From the human T2T-CHM13v2.0 reference genome, Homo sapiens: 64,000 nt of DNA. The notes beneath the pieces are model-generated. The model saw nothing but the letters and a program-made list of their open reading frames with translations, made no database searches and was not told the origin of the DNA. Position 1 is the first letter of the stretch. The number at the start of each line of letters is the position of its first letter. Location: the NCBI RefSeq assembly GCF_009914755.1, contig NC_060941.1; one strand, given 5' to 3'. Position numbers and translations under genes: made by a program. Of this stretch, positions 14,201-26,304 are shown in pieces.

Positions 14201-15952
14201 GGTTTGAAACACTCTTTTTGTAGGATCTGCAAGTGGATATTTGGACCACTCTGTGGCCTTCGTTCGAAACGGGTACATCTTCGCATAAAATCTAGACAGA
14301 AGCCTTCTCAGAAACTTCTCTGTGATGATTGCATTCAACTCACAGAGTTGAACCCTCCTATGGATAGAGCATTGTTGAAACTCTCTTTTTGTGGAATCTG
14401 CAAGTGGATATGTGGACCTCTCCGAAGATGTCTTTGGAAACGGGAATATCTTCACATAAAAACTAAACAGAAGCATTCTCAGAAACTTCTCTGTGATGTT
14501 TGTGTTCAACTCCCAGAGTTTCACATTGCTTTTCATAGAGTAGTTCTGAAACATGCTTTTCGTAGTGTCTGCAAGTGGACATTTGGAGCGCTTTCAGGCC
14601 TGTGGTGGAAAACGAATTATGGTCCCATAAAAACTGGAGAGAAGCATTGTCAGAAACTTCTTTGTGATGATTGCATTCAACTCACAGAGATGAAGGTTCC
14701 TTTACAAACAGCAGTTTCCAAACACTCTTTCTGTGGAATCTGCAAGTGGATATTTGGACCTCTTTGAAGATTTCGTTGGAAACGGGAGAATCTTCACAGA
14801 AAAGCTAAACAGAAGCATTCTCAGAAACTTCTTTGTGATGCTTGCATTCAACTCACAGAGTTGAACTTTCCTTTCGAGAGAGTAGCTTTGAAACACTCTT
14901 TTCCAGAATCTGCAAGTGGACATTTGGAGGGCTTTGAGGCCTGTGGTGGAAAAGGAATTATCTTCCCGTAAAAGCTAGACAGAAGCATTCTCAGAAACTA
15001 CTTTGTGATGATTGCATTCAAGTCACAGAGTTGAACATTCCCTTTGACAGAGCAGTTTGGAAACTCTCTTTGTGTAGAATCTGCAAGTGGAGATATGGAC
15101 CGCTTTGAGGCCTATGGTAGTAAAGGAAATAGCTTCATATAAAAGCTAGACAGTAGCATTCACAGAAAACTCTTGGTGACGAATGAGTTTAACTCACAGA
15201 GCTGAACATTCCTTTGGATGGAGCAGTTTCGAAACACACTATTTGTAGAATGTGCAAGTGGATATTTGGGCCTCTCTGAGGATTTCGTTGGAAACGGGAT
15301 AAACCGCACAGACCTAAACAGAAGCATTCTCAGAACCTTCTTCGTGATGTTTGCATTCAACTCACAGTGTAGAACCTTTCTTTGATAGTTCAGATTTGAA
15401 ACGGTCTTTCTGTAGAAACTGCAAGTAGATATTTGGACCTCTCTGAGGATTTCGTGGGAAACGGGATAAACCGCACAGAACTAAAACAGAAGCATTCTCA
15501 GAACCCTCTTCGTGATGTTTGCATTCAACTCACAGTGCTGAACCTTTCTTTGATAGTTCAGCTTTGAAACACTCTTTTTGTAGAAACTGCAAGTGGATAT
15601 TTGGTCCTCTCTGAGGATTTCGTTGGAAACGGGATAAAACGCACAGAACTAAACAGAAGCATTCTCAGAACCTTCTTCGTGATGTCTGCATTCAACTCAA
15701 AGTGTGGAACCTTTCTTTGATAGTTCAGGTTTTAAAAACTCTTTTTGTACAAACTGCAAGGGGATAATTGCACTCTTTGAGGAGTACCGTAGTAAAGGAA
15801 ATAACTTCCTTTAAAAAGAAGACAGAAGCTTTCTCAGAAAATTCTTTGGGATGATTGAGTTGAACTCACAGACCTGAGCATTCCTTGCGATGTAGCAGTT
15901 TAGAAACACACTTTCTGCAGAATCTGCAAGTGCATATGTGGACCTCTCTGAG

Positions 15953-18497
15953 GAATTCGTTGGAAACGGGATAATTTCAGCTGACTAAACAGAAGCAGTC
16001 TCAGAATCTTCTTTGTGATGTTTGCATTCAAATCCCAGAGTTGAACTTTCCGTTCAAAGTTCACGTTTGACACACTCTTTTGCAGGATCTACAAGTGGAT
16101 ATTTGGACCACTCTGTGTCCTAAGTTCGAAACGGGTATATCTTCACATGACATCTAGACAGAAGCATTCTCAGAAGCTTCTCTGTGATGACTGCATTCAA
16201 CTCACGGAGTTGAACACTCCTTTTGAGAGCGCAGTTTTGAAACTCTCTTTCTGTGGCATCTGCAAGGGGACATGTAGACCTCTTTGAAGATTTCGTTGGA
16301 AACGGAATCATCTTCACATAAAAACTATACAGATGCATTCTCAGGAAATTTTTGGTGATGTTTGTATTCAACCCCCAGAGTTGAACTTTCCTTTGGAAAG
16401 AGCAGCTATGAAACACTCTTTTTCTAGAATCTGCAAGTGGACGTTTGGAGGGCTTTGTGGTTTGTGGTGGAAAAGGAAATATCTTCACCTAAATACTAGA
16501 TAGAAGCATTCTCAGAAACTGCTTTGTGATGATTGCATTCACCTCACAGAGTTGAACATTCCTATTGATAGAGCAGTTTGGAAACACTCTTGTTGTGGAA
16601 TGTGCAAGTGGAGATTTGGAGCGCTTTGAGGCCTATGGTAGTAAAGGGAATAGCTTCATAGAAAAACTAGACAGAAGCATTCTCAGAAAATACTTTGTGA
16701 TGACTGAGTTTAACTCACAGAGCTGAACATTCCTTTGGATGGAGCAGGTTTGAGACACACTTTTTGTAGAATCTACAAGTGGATATTTGGACCTCTCTGA
16801 GGATTTCGTTGGAAACGCGATAACTGCACCTAACTAAACGGAAGCATTCTCAGAAACTTCTTGGTGATGTTTGCATTCAAATCCCAGAGTTGAACCTTCC
16901 TTTGATAGTTCAGGTTTGAAACACTCTTTTTGTAGGATCTGCAAGTGGATATTTGGACCACTCTGTGGCCTTCGTTCGAAACGGGTATATCTTCGCATAA
17001 AATCTAGACAGAAGCCTTCTCAGAAACTTCTCTGTGATGATTGCATTCAACTCACAGAGTTGAACCCTCCTATGGATAGAGCAGTGTTGAAACTCTCTTT
17101 TTGTGGAATCTGCAAGTGGATATGTGGACCTCTCCGAAGATGTCTTTGGAAACGGGAATATCTTCACATAAAAACTAAACAGAAGCATTCTCAGAAACTT
17201 CTCTGTGATGTTTGTGTTCAACTCCCAGAGTTTCACATTGCTTTTCATAGAGTAGTTCTGAAACATGCTTTTCGTAGTGTCTACAAGTGGACATTTGGAG
17301 CGCTTTCAGGCCTGTGGTGGAAAACGAATTATGGTCACATAAAAACTGGAGAGAAGCATTGTCAGAAACTTCTTTGTGATGATTGCATTCAACTCACAGA
17401 GTTGAAGGTTCCTTTTCAAAGAGCAGTTTCCAATCACTCTTTCTGTGGAATCTGCAAGTGGATATTTGGACCTCTTTGAAGATTTCGTTGGAAACGGGAG
17501 AATCTTCACAGAAAAGCTAAACAGAAGCATTCTCAGAAACTTCTTTGTGATGCTTGCATTCAACTCACAGAGTTGAACTTTCCTTTCGAGAGAGAAGCTT
17601 TGAAACACTCTTTTCCAGAATCTGCAAGTGGACATTTGGAGGGCATTGAGGCCTGTGGTGGAAAAGGAATTATCTTCCCGTAAAAGCTAGACAGAAGCAT
17701 TCTCAGAAACTACTTTGTGATGATTGCATTCAAGTCACAGACTTGAACATTCCCTTTGACAGAGCAGTTTGGAAACTCTCTTTGTGTAGAATCTGCAAGT
17801 GGAGATATGGACCGCTTTGAGGCCTATGGTAGTAAAGGAAATAGCTTCATATAAAAGCTAGACAGTAGCATTCACAGAAAACTCTTGGTGACGACTGAGT
17901 TTAACTCACAGAGCTGAACATTCCTTTGGATGGAGCAGTTTCGAAACACACTATTTGTAGAATGTGCAAGTGGATATTTGGGCCTCTCTGAGGATTTCGT
18001 TGGAAACGGGATAAACCGCACAGAACTAAACAGAAGCATTCTCAGAACCTTCTTCGTGATGTTTGCATTCAACTCACAGTGTTGAACCTTTCTTTGATAG
18101 TTCAGGTTTGAAACGGTCTTTCTGTAGAAACTGCAAGTAGATATTTGGACCTCTCTGAGGATTTCGTTGGAAACGGGATAAACCGCACAGAACTAAAACA
18201 GAAGCATTCTCAGAACCTTCTTCGTGATGTCTGCATTCAACTCAAAGTGTGGAACCTTTCTTTGACAGTTCAGGTTTAAAAAACTCTTTTTGTAGAAACT
18301 GCAAGGGGATAATTGCACTCTTTGAGGAGTACCGTAGTAAAGGAAATAACTTCCTATAAAAAGAAGACAGAAGCTTTCTCAGAAAATTCTTTGGGATGAT
18401 TGACTTGAACTCACAGAGCTGAGCATTCCTTGCGATGTAGCAGTTTAGAAACACACTTTCTGCAGAATCTGCAAGTGCATATGTGGACCTCTCTGAG
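15953..18497 (+). repeat. 15-mer HOR variant, junction type A (2545 bp EcoRI unit)
   Basis: Only two of the three triplet monomers are present (boxes near 17995 and 18162). The hybrid monomer has the copy-2 start (ACTAAAAC) and the copy-3 end (AACCTTCTTCGTGATGTCTGC). Confidence 0.93.
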
Positions 18498-21209
18498 GAA
18501 TTCGTTGGAAACGGGATAATTTCAGCTGACTAAACAGAAGCAGTCTCAGAATCTTCTTTGTGATGTTTGCATTCAAATCCCAGAGTTGAACTTTCCTTTC
18601 AAAGTTCACGTTTGAAACACTCTTTTTGCAGCATCTACAAGTGGATATTTGGACGACTCTTTGTCCTTCGTTCGAAACGGGTATATCTTCACATGACATC
18701 TAGACAGAAGCATTCTCAGAAGCTTCTCTGTGATGACTGCATTCAACTCACGGAGTTGAACACTCCTTTTGAGAGCGCAGTTTTGAAACTCTCTTTCTGT
18801 GGCATCTGCAAGGGGACATGTAGACCTCTTTGAAGATTTCGTTGGAAACGGAATCATCTTCACATAAAAACTATACAGATGCATTCTCAGGAACTTTTTG
18901 GTGATGTTTGTATTCAACTCCCAGAGTTGAACTTTCCTTTGGAAAGAGCAGCTATGAAACACTCTTTTTCTAGAATCTGCAAGTGGACGTTTGGAGGGCT
19001 TTGTGGTTTGTGGTGGAAAAGGAAATATCTTCACCTAAATACTAGATAGAAGCATTCTCAGAAACTGCTTTGTGATGATTGCATTCACCTCACAGAGTTG
19101 AACATTCCTATTGATAGAACAGTTTGGAAACACTCTTGTTGTAGAATGTGCAAGTGGAGATTTGGAGCGCTTTGAGGCCTATGGTAGTAAAGGGAATAGC
19201 TTCATAGAAAAACTAGACAGAAGCATTCTCAGAAAATACTTTGTGATGAGTGAGTTTAACTCACAGAGCTGAAAATTCCTTTGGATGGAGCAGGTTTGAG
19301 ACACACATTTGTAGAATCTACAAGTGGATATTTGGACTTCTCTGAGGATTTCGTTGGAAACGGGATAACTGCACCTAACTAAACGGAAGCATTCTCAGAA
19401 ACTTCTTGGTGATGTTTGCATTCAAATCCCAGAGTTGAACCTTCCTTTGATAGTTCAGGTTTGAAACACTCTTTTTGTAGGATCTGCAAGTGGATATTTG
19501 GACCACTCTGTGGCCTTCGTTCGAAACGGGTATATCTTCGCATAAAATCTAGACAGAAGCCTTCTCAGAAACTTCTCTGTGATGATTGCATTCAACTCAC
19601 AGAGTTGAACCCTCCTATTGATAGAGCAGTGTTGAAACTCTCTTTTTGTGGAATCTGCAAGTGGATATGTGGACCTCTCCGAAGATGTCTTTGGAAACGG
19701 GAATATCTTCACATAAAAACTAACCAGAAGCATTCTCAGAAACTTCTCTGTGATGTTTGTGTTCAACTCCCAGAGTTTCACATTGCTTTTCATAGAGTAG
19801 TTCTGAAACATGCTTTTCGTAGTGTCTACAAGTGGACATTTGGAGTGCTTTCAGGCCTGTGGTGGAAAACGAATTACGGTCACATAAAACTGGAGAGAAG
19901 CATTGTCAGAAACTTCTTTGTGATGATTGCATTCAACTCACAGAGTTGAAGGTTCCTTTTCAAAGAGCAGTTTCCAATCACTCTTTCTGTGGAATCTGCA
20001 AGTGGATATTTGGACCTCTTTGAAGATTTCGTTGGAAACGGGAGAATCTTCACAGAAAAGCTAAACAGAAGCATTCTCAGAAACTTCTTTGTGATGCTTG
20101 CATTCAACTCACAGAGTTGAACTTTCCTTTCGAGAGAGAAGCTTTGAAACACTCTTTTCCAGAATCTGCAAGTGGACATTTGGAGGGCATTGAGGCCTGT
20201 GGTGGAAAAGGAATTATCTTCCCGTAAAAGCTAGACAGAAGCATTCTCAGAAACTACTTTGTGATGATTGCATTCAAGTCACAGAGTTGAACATTCCCTT
20301 TGACAGAGCAGTTTGGAAACTCTCTTTGTGTAGAATCTGCAAGTGGAGATATGGACCGCTTTGAGGCCTATGGTAGTAAAGGAAATAGCTTCATATAAAA
20401 GCTAGACAGTAGCATTCACAGAAAACTCTTGGTGACGAATGAGTTTAACTCACAGAGCTGAACATTCCTTTGGATGGAGCAGTTTCGAAGCACACTATTT
20501 GTAGAATGTGCAAGTGGATATTTGGGCCTCTCTGAGGATTTCGTTGGAAACGGGATAAACCGCACAGAACTAAACAGAAGCATTCTCAGAACCTTCTTCG
20601 TGATGTTTGCATTCAACTCACAGTGTTGAACCTTTCTTTCATAGTTCAGGTTTGAAACGGTCTTTCTGTAGAAACTGCAAGTAGATATTTGGACCTCTCT
20701 GAGGATTTCGTTGGAAACGGGATAACCCGCACAGAACTAAAACAGAAGCATTCTCAGAACCCTCTTCGTGATGTTTGCATTCAACTCACAGTGCTGAACC
20801 TTTCTTTGATAGTTCAGCTTTGAAACACTCTTCTTGTAGAAACTGCAAGTGGATATTTGGTCCTCTCTGAGGATTTCGTTGGAAAAGGGATAAACCGCAC
20901 AGAACTAAACAGAAGCATTCTCAGAACCTTCTTCGTGATGTCTGCATTCAACTCACAGTGTGGAACCTTTCTTTGATAGTTCAGGTTTGAAACACTCTTT
21001 TTGTAGAAACTGCAAGGGGATAATTGCACTTCTTTGAGGCCTACCGTAGTAAAGGAAATAACTTCCTATAGAAAGAAGACAGAAGCTTTCTCAGAAAATT
21101 CTTTGGGATGATTGATTGGAACTCACAGAGCTGAACATTCCTTGCGATGTAGCAGTTTAGAAACACACTTTCTGCAGAATCTGCAAGTGCATATTTGGAC
21201 CTCTCTGAG

Positions 21210-23589
21210 GAATTCGTTGGAAACGGGATAATTTCAGCTGATTAAACAGAAGCAGTCTCAGAATCTTCTTTGTGATGTTTGCATTCAAATCCCAGAGTTG
21301 AACTTTCCTTTCAAAGTTCACGTTTGAAACACTCTTTTTGCAGGATCTACAAGTGGATATTTGGACCACTCTGTGTCCTTCGTTCGAAACGGGTATATCT
21401 TCACATGACATCTAGACAGAAGCATTCTCAGAAGCTTCTCTGTGATGACTGCATTCAACTCACGGAGTTGAACACTCCTTTTGAGAGCGCAGTTTTGAAA
21501 CTCTCTTTCTGTGGCATCTGCAAGGGGACATGTAGACCTCTTTGAAGATTTCGTTGGAAACGGAATCATCTTCACATAAAAACTATACAGATGCATTCTC
21601 AGGAACTTTTTGGTGATGTTTGTATTCAACTCCCAGAGTTGAACTTTCCTTTGGAAAGAGCAGCTATGAAACACTCTTTTTCTAGAATCTGCAAGTGGAC
21701 GTTTGGAGGGCTTTGTGGTTTGTGGTGGAAAAGGAAATATCTTCACCTAAATACTAGATAGAAGCATTCTCAGAAACTGCTTTGTGATGATTGCATTCAC
21801 CTCACAGAGTTGAACATTCCTATTGATAGAGCAGTTTGGAAACACTCTTGTTGTGGAATGTGCAAGTGGAGACTTGGAGCGTTTTGAGGCCTATGGTAGT
21901 AAAGGGAATAGCTTCATAGAAAAACTAGACAGAAGCATTCTCAGAAAATACTTTGTGATGATTGAGTTTAACTCACAGAGCTGAACATTCCTTTGGATGG
22001 AGCAGGTTTGAGACACACTTTTTGTAGAAACTACAAGTGGATATTTGGACCTCTCTGAGGATTTCGTTGGAAACGCGATAACTGCACCTAATTAAACGGA
22101 AGCATTCTCAGAAACTTCTTGGTGATGTTTGCATTCAAATCCCAGAGTTGAACCTTCCTTTGATAGTTCAGGTTTGAAACACTCTTTTTGTACGATCTGC
22201 AAGTGGATATTTGGACCATTCTGTGGCCTTCATTCAAAACGGGTACATCTTCGCATAAAATCTAGACAGATGCCTTCTCAGAAACTTCTCTGTGATGATT
22301 GCATTCAACTCACAGAGTTGAACCCTCCTATGGATAGAGCATTGTTGAAACTCTCTTTTTGTGGAATCTGCAAGTGGATATGTGGACCTCTCCGAAGATG
22401 TCTTTGGAAACGGGATTATCTTCACATAAAAACTAAACAGAAGCATTCTCAGAAACTTCTCTGTGATGTTTGTGTTCAACTCCCAGAGTTTCACATTGCT
22501 TTTCATAGAGTAGTTCTGAAACATGCTTTTCGTAGTGTCTGCAAGTGGACATTTGGAGCGCTTTCAGGCCTGTGGTGGAAAACGAATTATGGTCCCATAA
22601 AAACTGGAGAGAAGCATTGTCAGAAACTTCTTTGTGATGATTGCATTCAACTCACAGAGATGAAGGTTCCTTTACAAACAGCAGTTTCCAAACACTCTTT
22701 CTGTGGAATCTGCAAGTGGATATTTGGACCTCTTTGAAGATTTCGTTGGAAACGGGAGAATCTTCACAGAAAAGCTAAACAGAAGCATTCTCAGAAACTT
22801 CTTTGTGATGCTTGCATTCAACTCACAGAGTTGAACGTTCCTTTCGAGAGAGAAGTTTTGAAACACTCTTTTTCCAGAATCTGCAAGTGGACATTTGGAG
22901 GGCTTTGAGGCCTGTGGTGTAAAAGGAATTAACTTCCCGTAAAAGCTAGATAGAAGCATTCTCAGAAACTACTTTGTGATGATTGCATTCAAGTCACAGA
23001 GTTGAACATTCCCTTTGACAGAGCAGTTTGGAAACTCTCTTTGTGTAGAATCTGCAAGTGGAGATATGGACCGCTTTGAGGCCTATGGTAGTAAAGGAAA
23101 TAGCTTCATATAAAAGCTAGACAGTAGCATTCACAGAAAACTCTTGGTGACGACTGAGTTTAACTCACAGAGCTGAACATTCCTTTGGATGGAGCAGTTT
23201 CGAAACACACTATTTGTAGAATGTGCAAGTGGATATTTGGGCCTCTCTGAGGATTTCGTTGGAAACGGGATAAACCGCACAGAACTAAACAGAAGCATTC
23301 TCAGAACCTTCTTCGTGATGTCTGCATTCAACTCACAGTGTGGAACCTTTCTTTGATAGTTCAGGTTTGAAACACTCTTTTTGTAGAAACTGCAAGGGGA
23401 TAATTGCACTTCTTTGAGGCCTACCGTAGTAAAGGAAATAACTTCCTATAGAAAGAAGACAGAAGCTTTCTCAGAAAATTCTTTGGGATGATTGAGTGGA
23501 ACTCACAGAGCTGTACATTCCTTGCGATGTAGCAGTTTAGAAACACACTTTCTGCAGAATCTGCAAGTGCATATTTGGACCTCTCTGAG
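21210..23589 (+). repeat. 14-mer HOR variant (2380 bp EcoRI unit)
   Basis: One triplet monomer only: copy-1 start (TTTGGGCCTC) joined to copy-3 end (GATGTCTGC...GTGTGGAACC); 335 bp shorter than the 16-mer. Confidence 0.95.
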
Positions 23590-26304
23590 GAATTCGTTGG
23601 AAACGGGATAATTTCAGCTGACTAAACAGAAGCAGTCTCAGAATCTTCTTTGTGATGTTTGCATTCAAATCCCAGAGTTGAACTTTCCTTTCAAAGTTCA
23701 CGTTTGAAACACTCTTTTTGCAGGATCTACAAGTGGATATTTGGACCACTCTGTGTCCTTCGTTCGAAACGGGTATATCTTCACATGACATCTAGACAGA
23801 AGCATTCTCAGAAGCTTCTCTGTGATGACTGCATTCATCTCACGGAGTTGAACACTCCTTTTGAGAGCGCAGTTTTGAAACTCTGTTTCTGTGGCATCTG
23901 CAAGGGGACATGTAGACCTCTTTGAAGATTTCTTTGGAAACGGAATCATCTTCACATAAAAACTATACAGATGCATTCTCAGGAACTTTTTGGTGATGTT
24001 TGTATTCAACTCCCAGAGTTGAACTTTCCTTTGGAAAGAGCAGCTATGAAACACTCTTTTTCTAGAATCTGCAAGTGGACGTTTGGAGGGCTTTGTGGTT
24101 TGTGGTGGAAAAGGAAATATCTTCACCTAAATACTAGATAGAAGCATTCTCAGAAACTGCTTTGTGATGATTGCATTCACCTCACAGAGTTGAACATTCC
24201 TATTGATAGAGCAGTTTGGAAACACTCTTGTTGTGGAATGTGCAAGTGGAGACTTGGAGCGTTTTGAGGCCTATGGTAGTAAAGGGAATAGCTTCATAGA
24301 AAAACTAGACAGAAGCATTCTCAGAAAATACTTTGTGATGATTGAGTTTAACTCACAGAGCTGAACATTCCTTTGGATGGAGCAGGTTTGAGACACACTT
24401 TTTGTAGAAACTACAAGTGGATATTTGGACCTCTCTGAGGATTTCGTTGGAAACGCGATAACTGCACCTAATTAAACGGAAGCATTCTCAGAAACTTCTT
24501 GGTGATGTTTGCATTCAAATCCCAGAGTTGAACCTTCCTTTGATAGTTCAGGTTTGAAACACTCTTTTTGTACGATCTGCAAGTGGATATTTGGACCATT
24601 CTGTGGCCTTCATTCAAAACGGGTACATCTTCGCATAAAATCTAGACAGAAGCCTTCTCAGAAACTTCTCTGTGATGATTGCATTCAACTCACAGAGTTG
24701 AACCCTCCTATGGATAGAGCATTGTTGAAACTCTCTTTTTGTGGAATCTGCAAGTGGATATGTGGACCTCTCCGAAGATGTCTTTGGAAACGGGATTATC
24801 TTCACATAAAAACTAAACAGAAGCATTCTCAGAAACTTCTCTGTGATGTTTGTGTTCAACTCCCAGAGTTTCACATTGCTTTTCATAGAGTAGTTCTGAA
24901 ACATGCTTTTCGTAGTGTCTGCAAGTGGACATTTGGAGCGCTTTCAGGCCTGTGGTGGAAAACGAATTATGGTCCCATAAAAACTGGAGAGAAGCATTGT
25001 CAGAAACTTCTTTGTGATGATTGCATTCAACTCACAGAGATGAAGGTTCCTTTACAAACAGCAGTTTCCAAACACTCTTTCTGTGGAATCTGCAAGTGGA
25101 TATTTGGACCTCTTTGAAGATTTCGTTGGAAACGGGAGAATCTTCACAGAAAAGCTAAACAGAAGCATTCTCAGAAACTTCTTTGTGATGCTTGCATTCA
25201 ACTCACAGAGTTGAACGTTCCTTTCGAGAGAGAAGTTTTGAAACACTCTTTTTCCAGAATCTGCAAGTGGACATTTGGAGGGCTTTGAGGCCTGTGGTGT
25301 AAAAGGAATTAACTTCCCGTAAAAGCTAGATAGAAGCATTCTCAGAAACTACTTTGTGATGATTGCATTCAAGTCACAGAGTTGAACATTCCCTTTGACA
25401 GAGCAGTTTGGAAACTCTCTTTGTGTAGAATCTGCAAGTGGAGATATGGACCGCTTTGAGGCCTATGGTAGTAAAGGAAATAGCTTCATATAAAAGCTAG
25501 ACAGTAGCATTCACAGAAAACTCTTGGTGACGACTGAGTTTAACTCACAGAGCTGAACATTCCTTTGGATGGAGCAGTTTCGAAACACACTATTTGTAGA
25601 ATGTGCAAGTGGATATTTGGGCCTCTCTGAGGATTTCGTTGGAAACGGGATAAACCGCACAGAACTAAACAGAAGCATTCTCAGAACCTTCTTCGTGATG
25701 TTTGCATTCAACTCACAGTGTTGAACCTTTCTTTCATAGTTCAGGTTTGAAACGGTCTTTCTGTAGAAACTGCAAGTAGATATTTGGACCTCTCTGAGGA
25801 TTTCGTTGGAAACGGGATAACCCGCACAGAACTAAAACAGAAGCATTCTCAGAACCCTCTTCGTGATGTTTGCATTCAACTCACAGTGCTGAACCTTTCT
25901 TTGATAGTTCAGCTTTGAAACACTCTTCTTGTAGAAACTGCAAGTGGATATTTGGTCCTCTCTGAGGATTTCGTTGGAAAAGGGATAAACCGCACAGAAC
26001 TAAACAGAAGCATTCTCAGAACCTTCTTCGTGATGTCTGCATTCAACTCACAGTGTGGAACCTTTCTTTGATAGTTCAGGTTTGAAACACTCTTTTTGTA
26101 GAAACTGCAAGGGGATAATTGCACTTCTTTGAGGCCTACCGTAGTAAAGGAAATAACTTCCTATAGAAAGAAGACAGAAGCTTTCTCAGAAAATTCTTTG
26201 GGATGATTGAGTGGAACTCACAGAGCTGAACATTCCTTGCGATGTAGCAGTTTAGAAACACACTTTCTGCAGAATCTGCAAGTGCATATTTGGACCTCTC
26301 TGAG

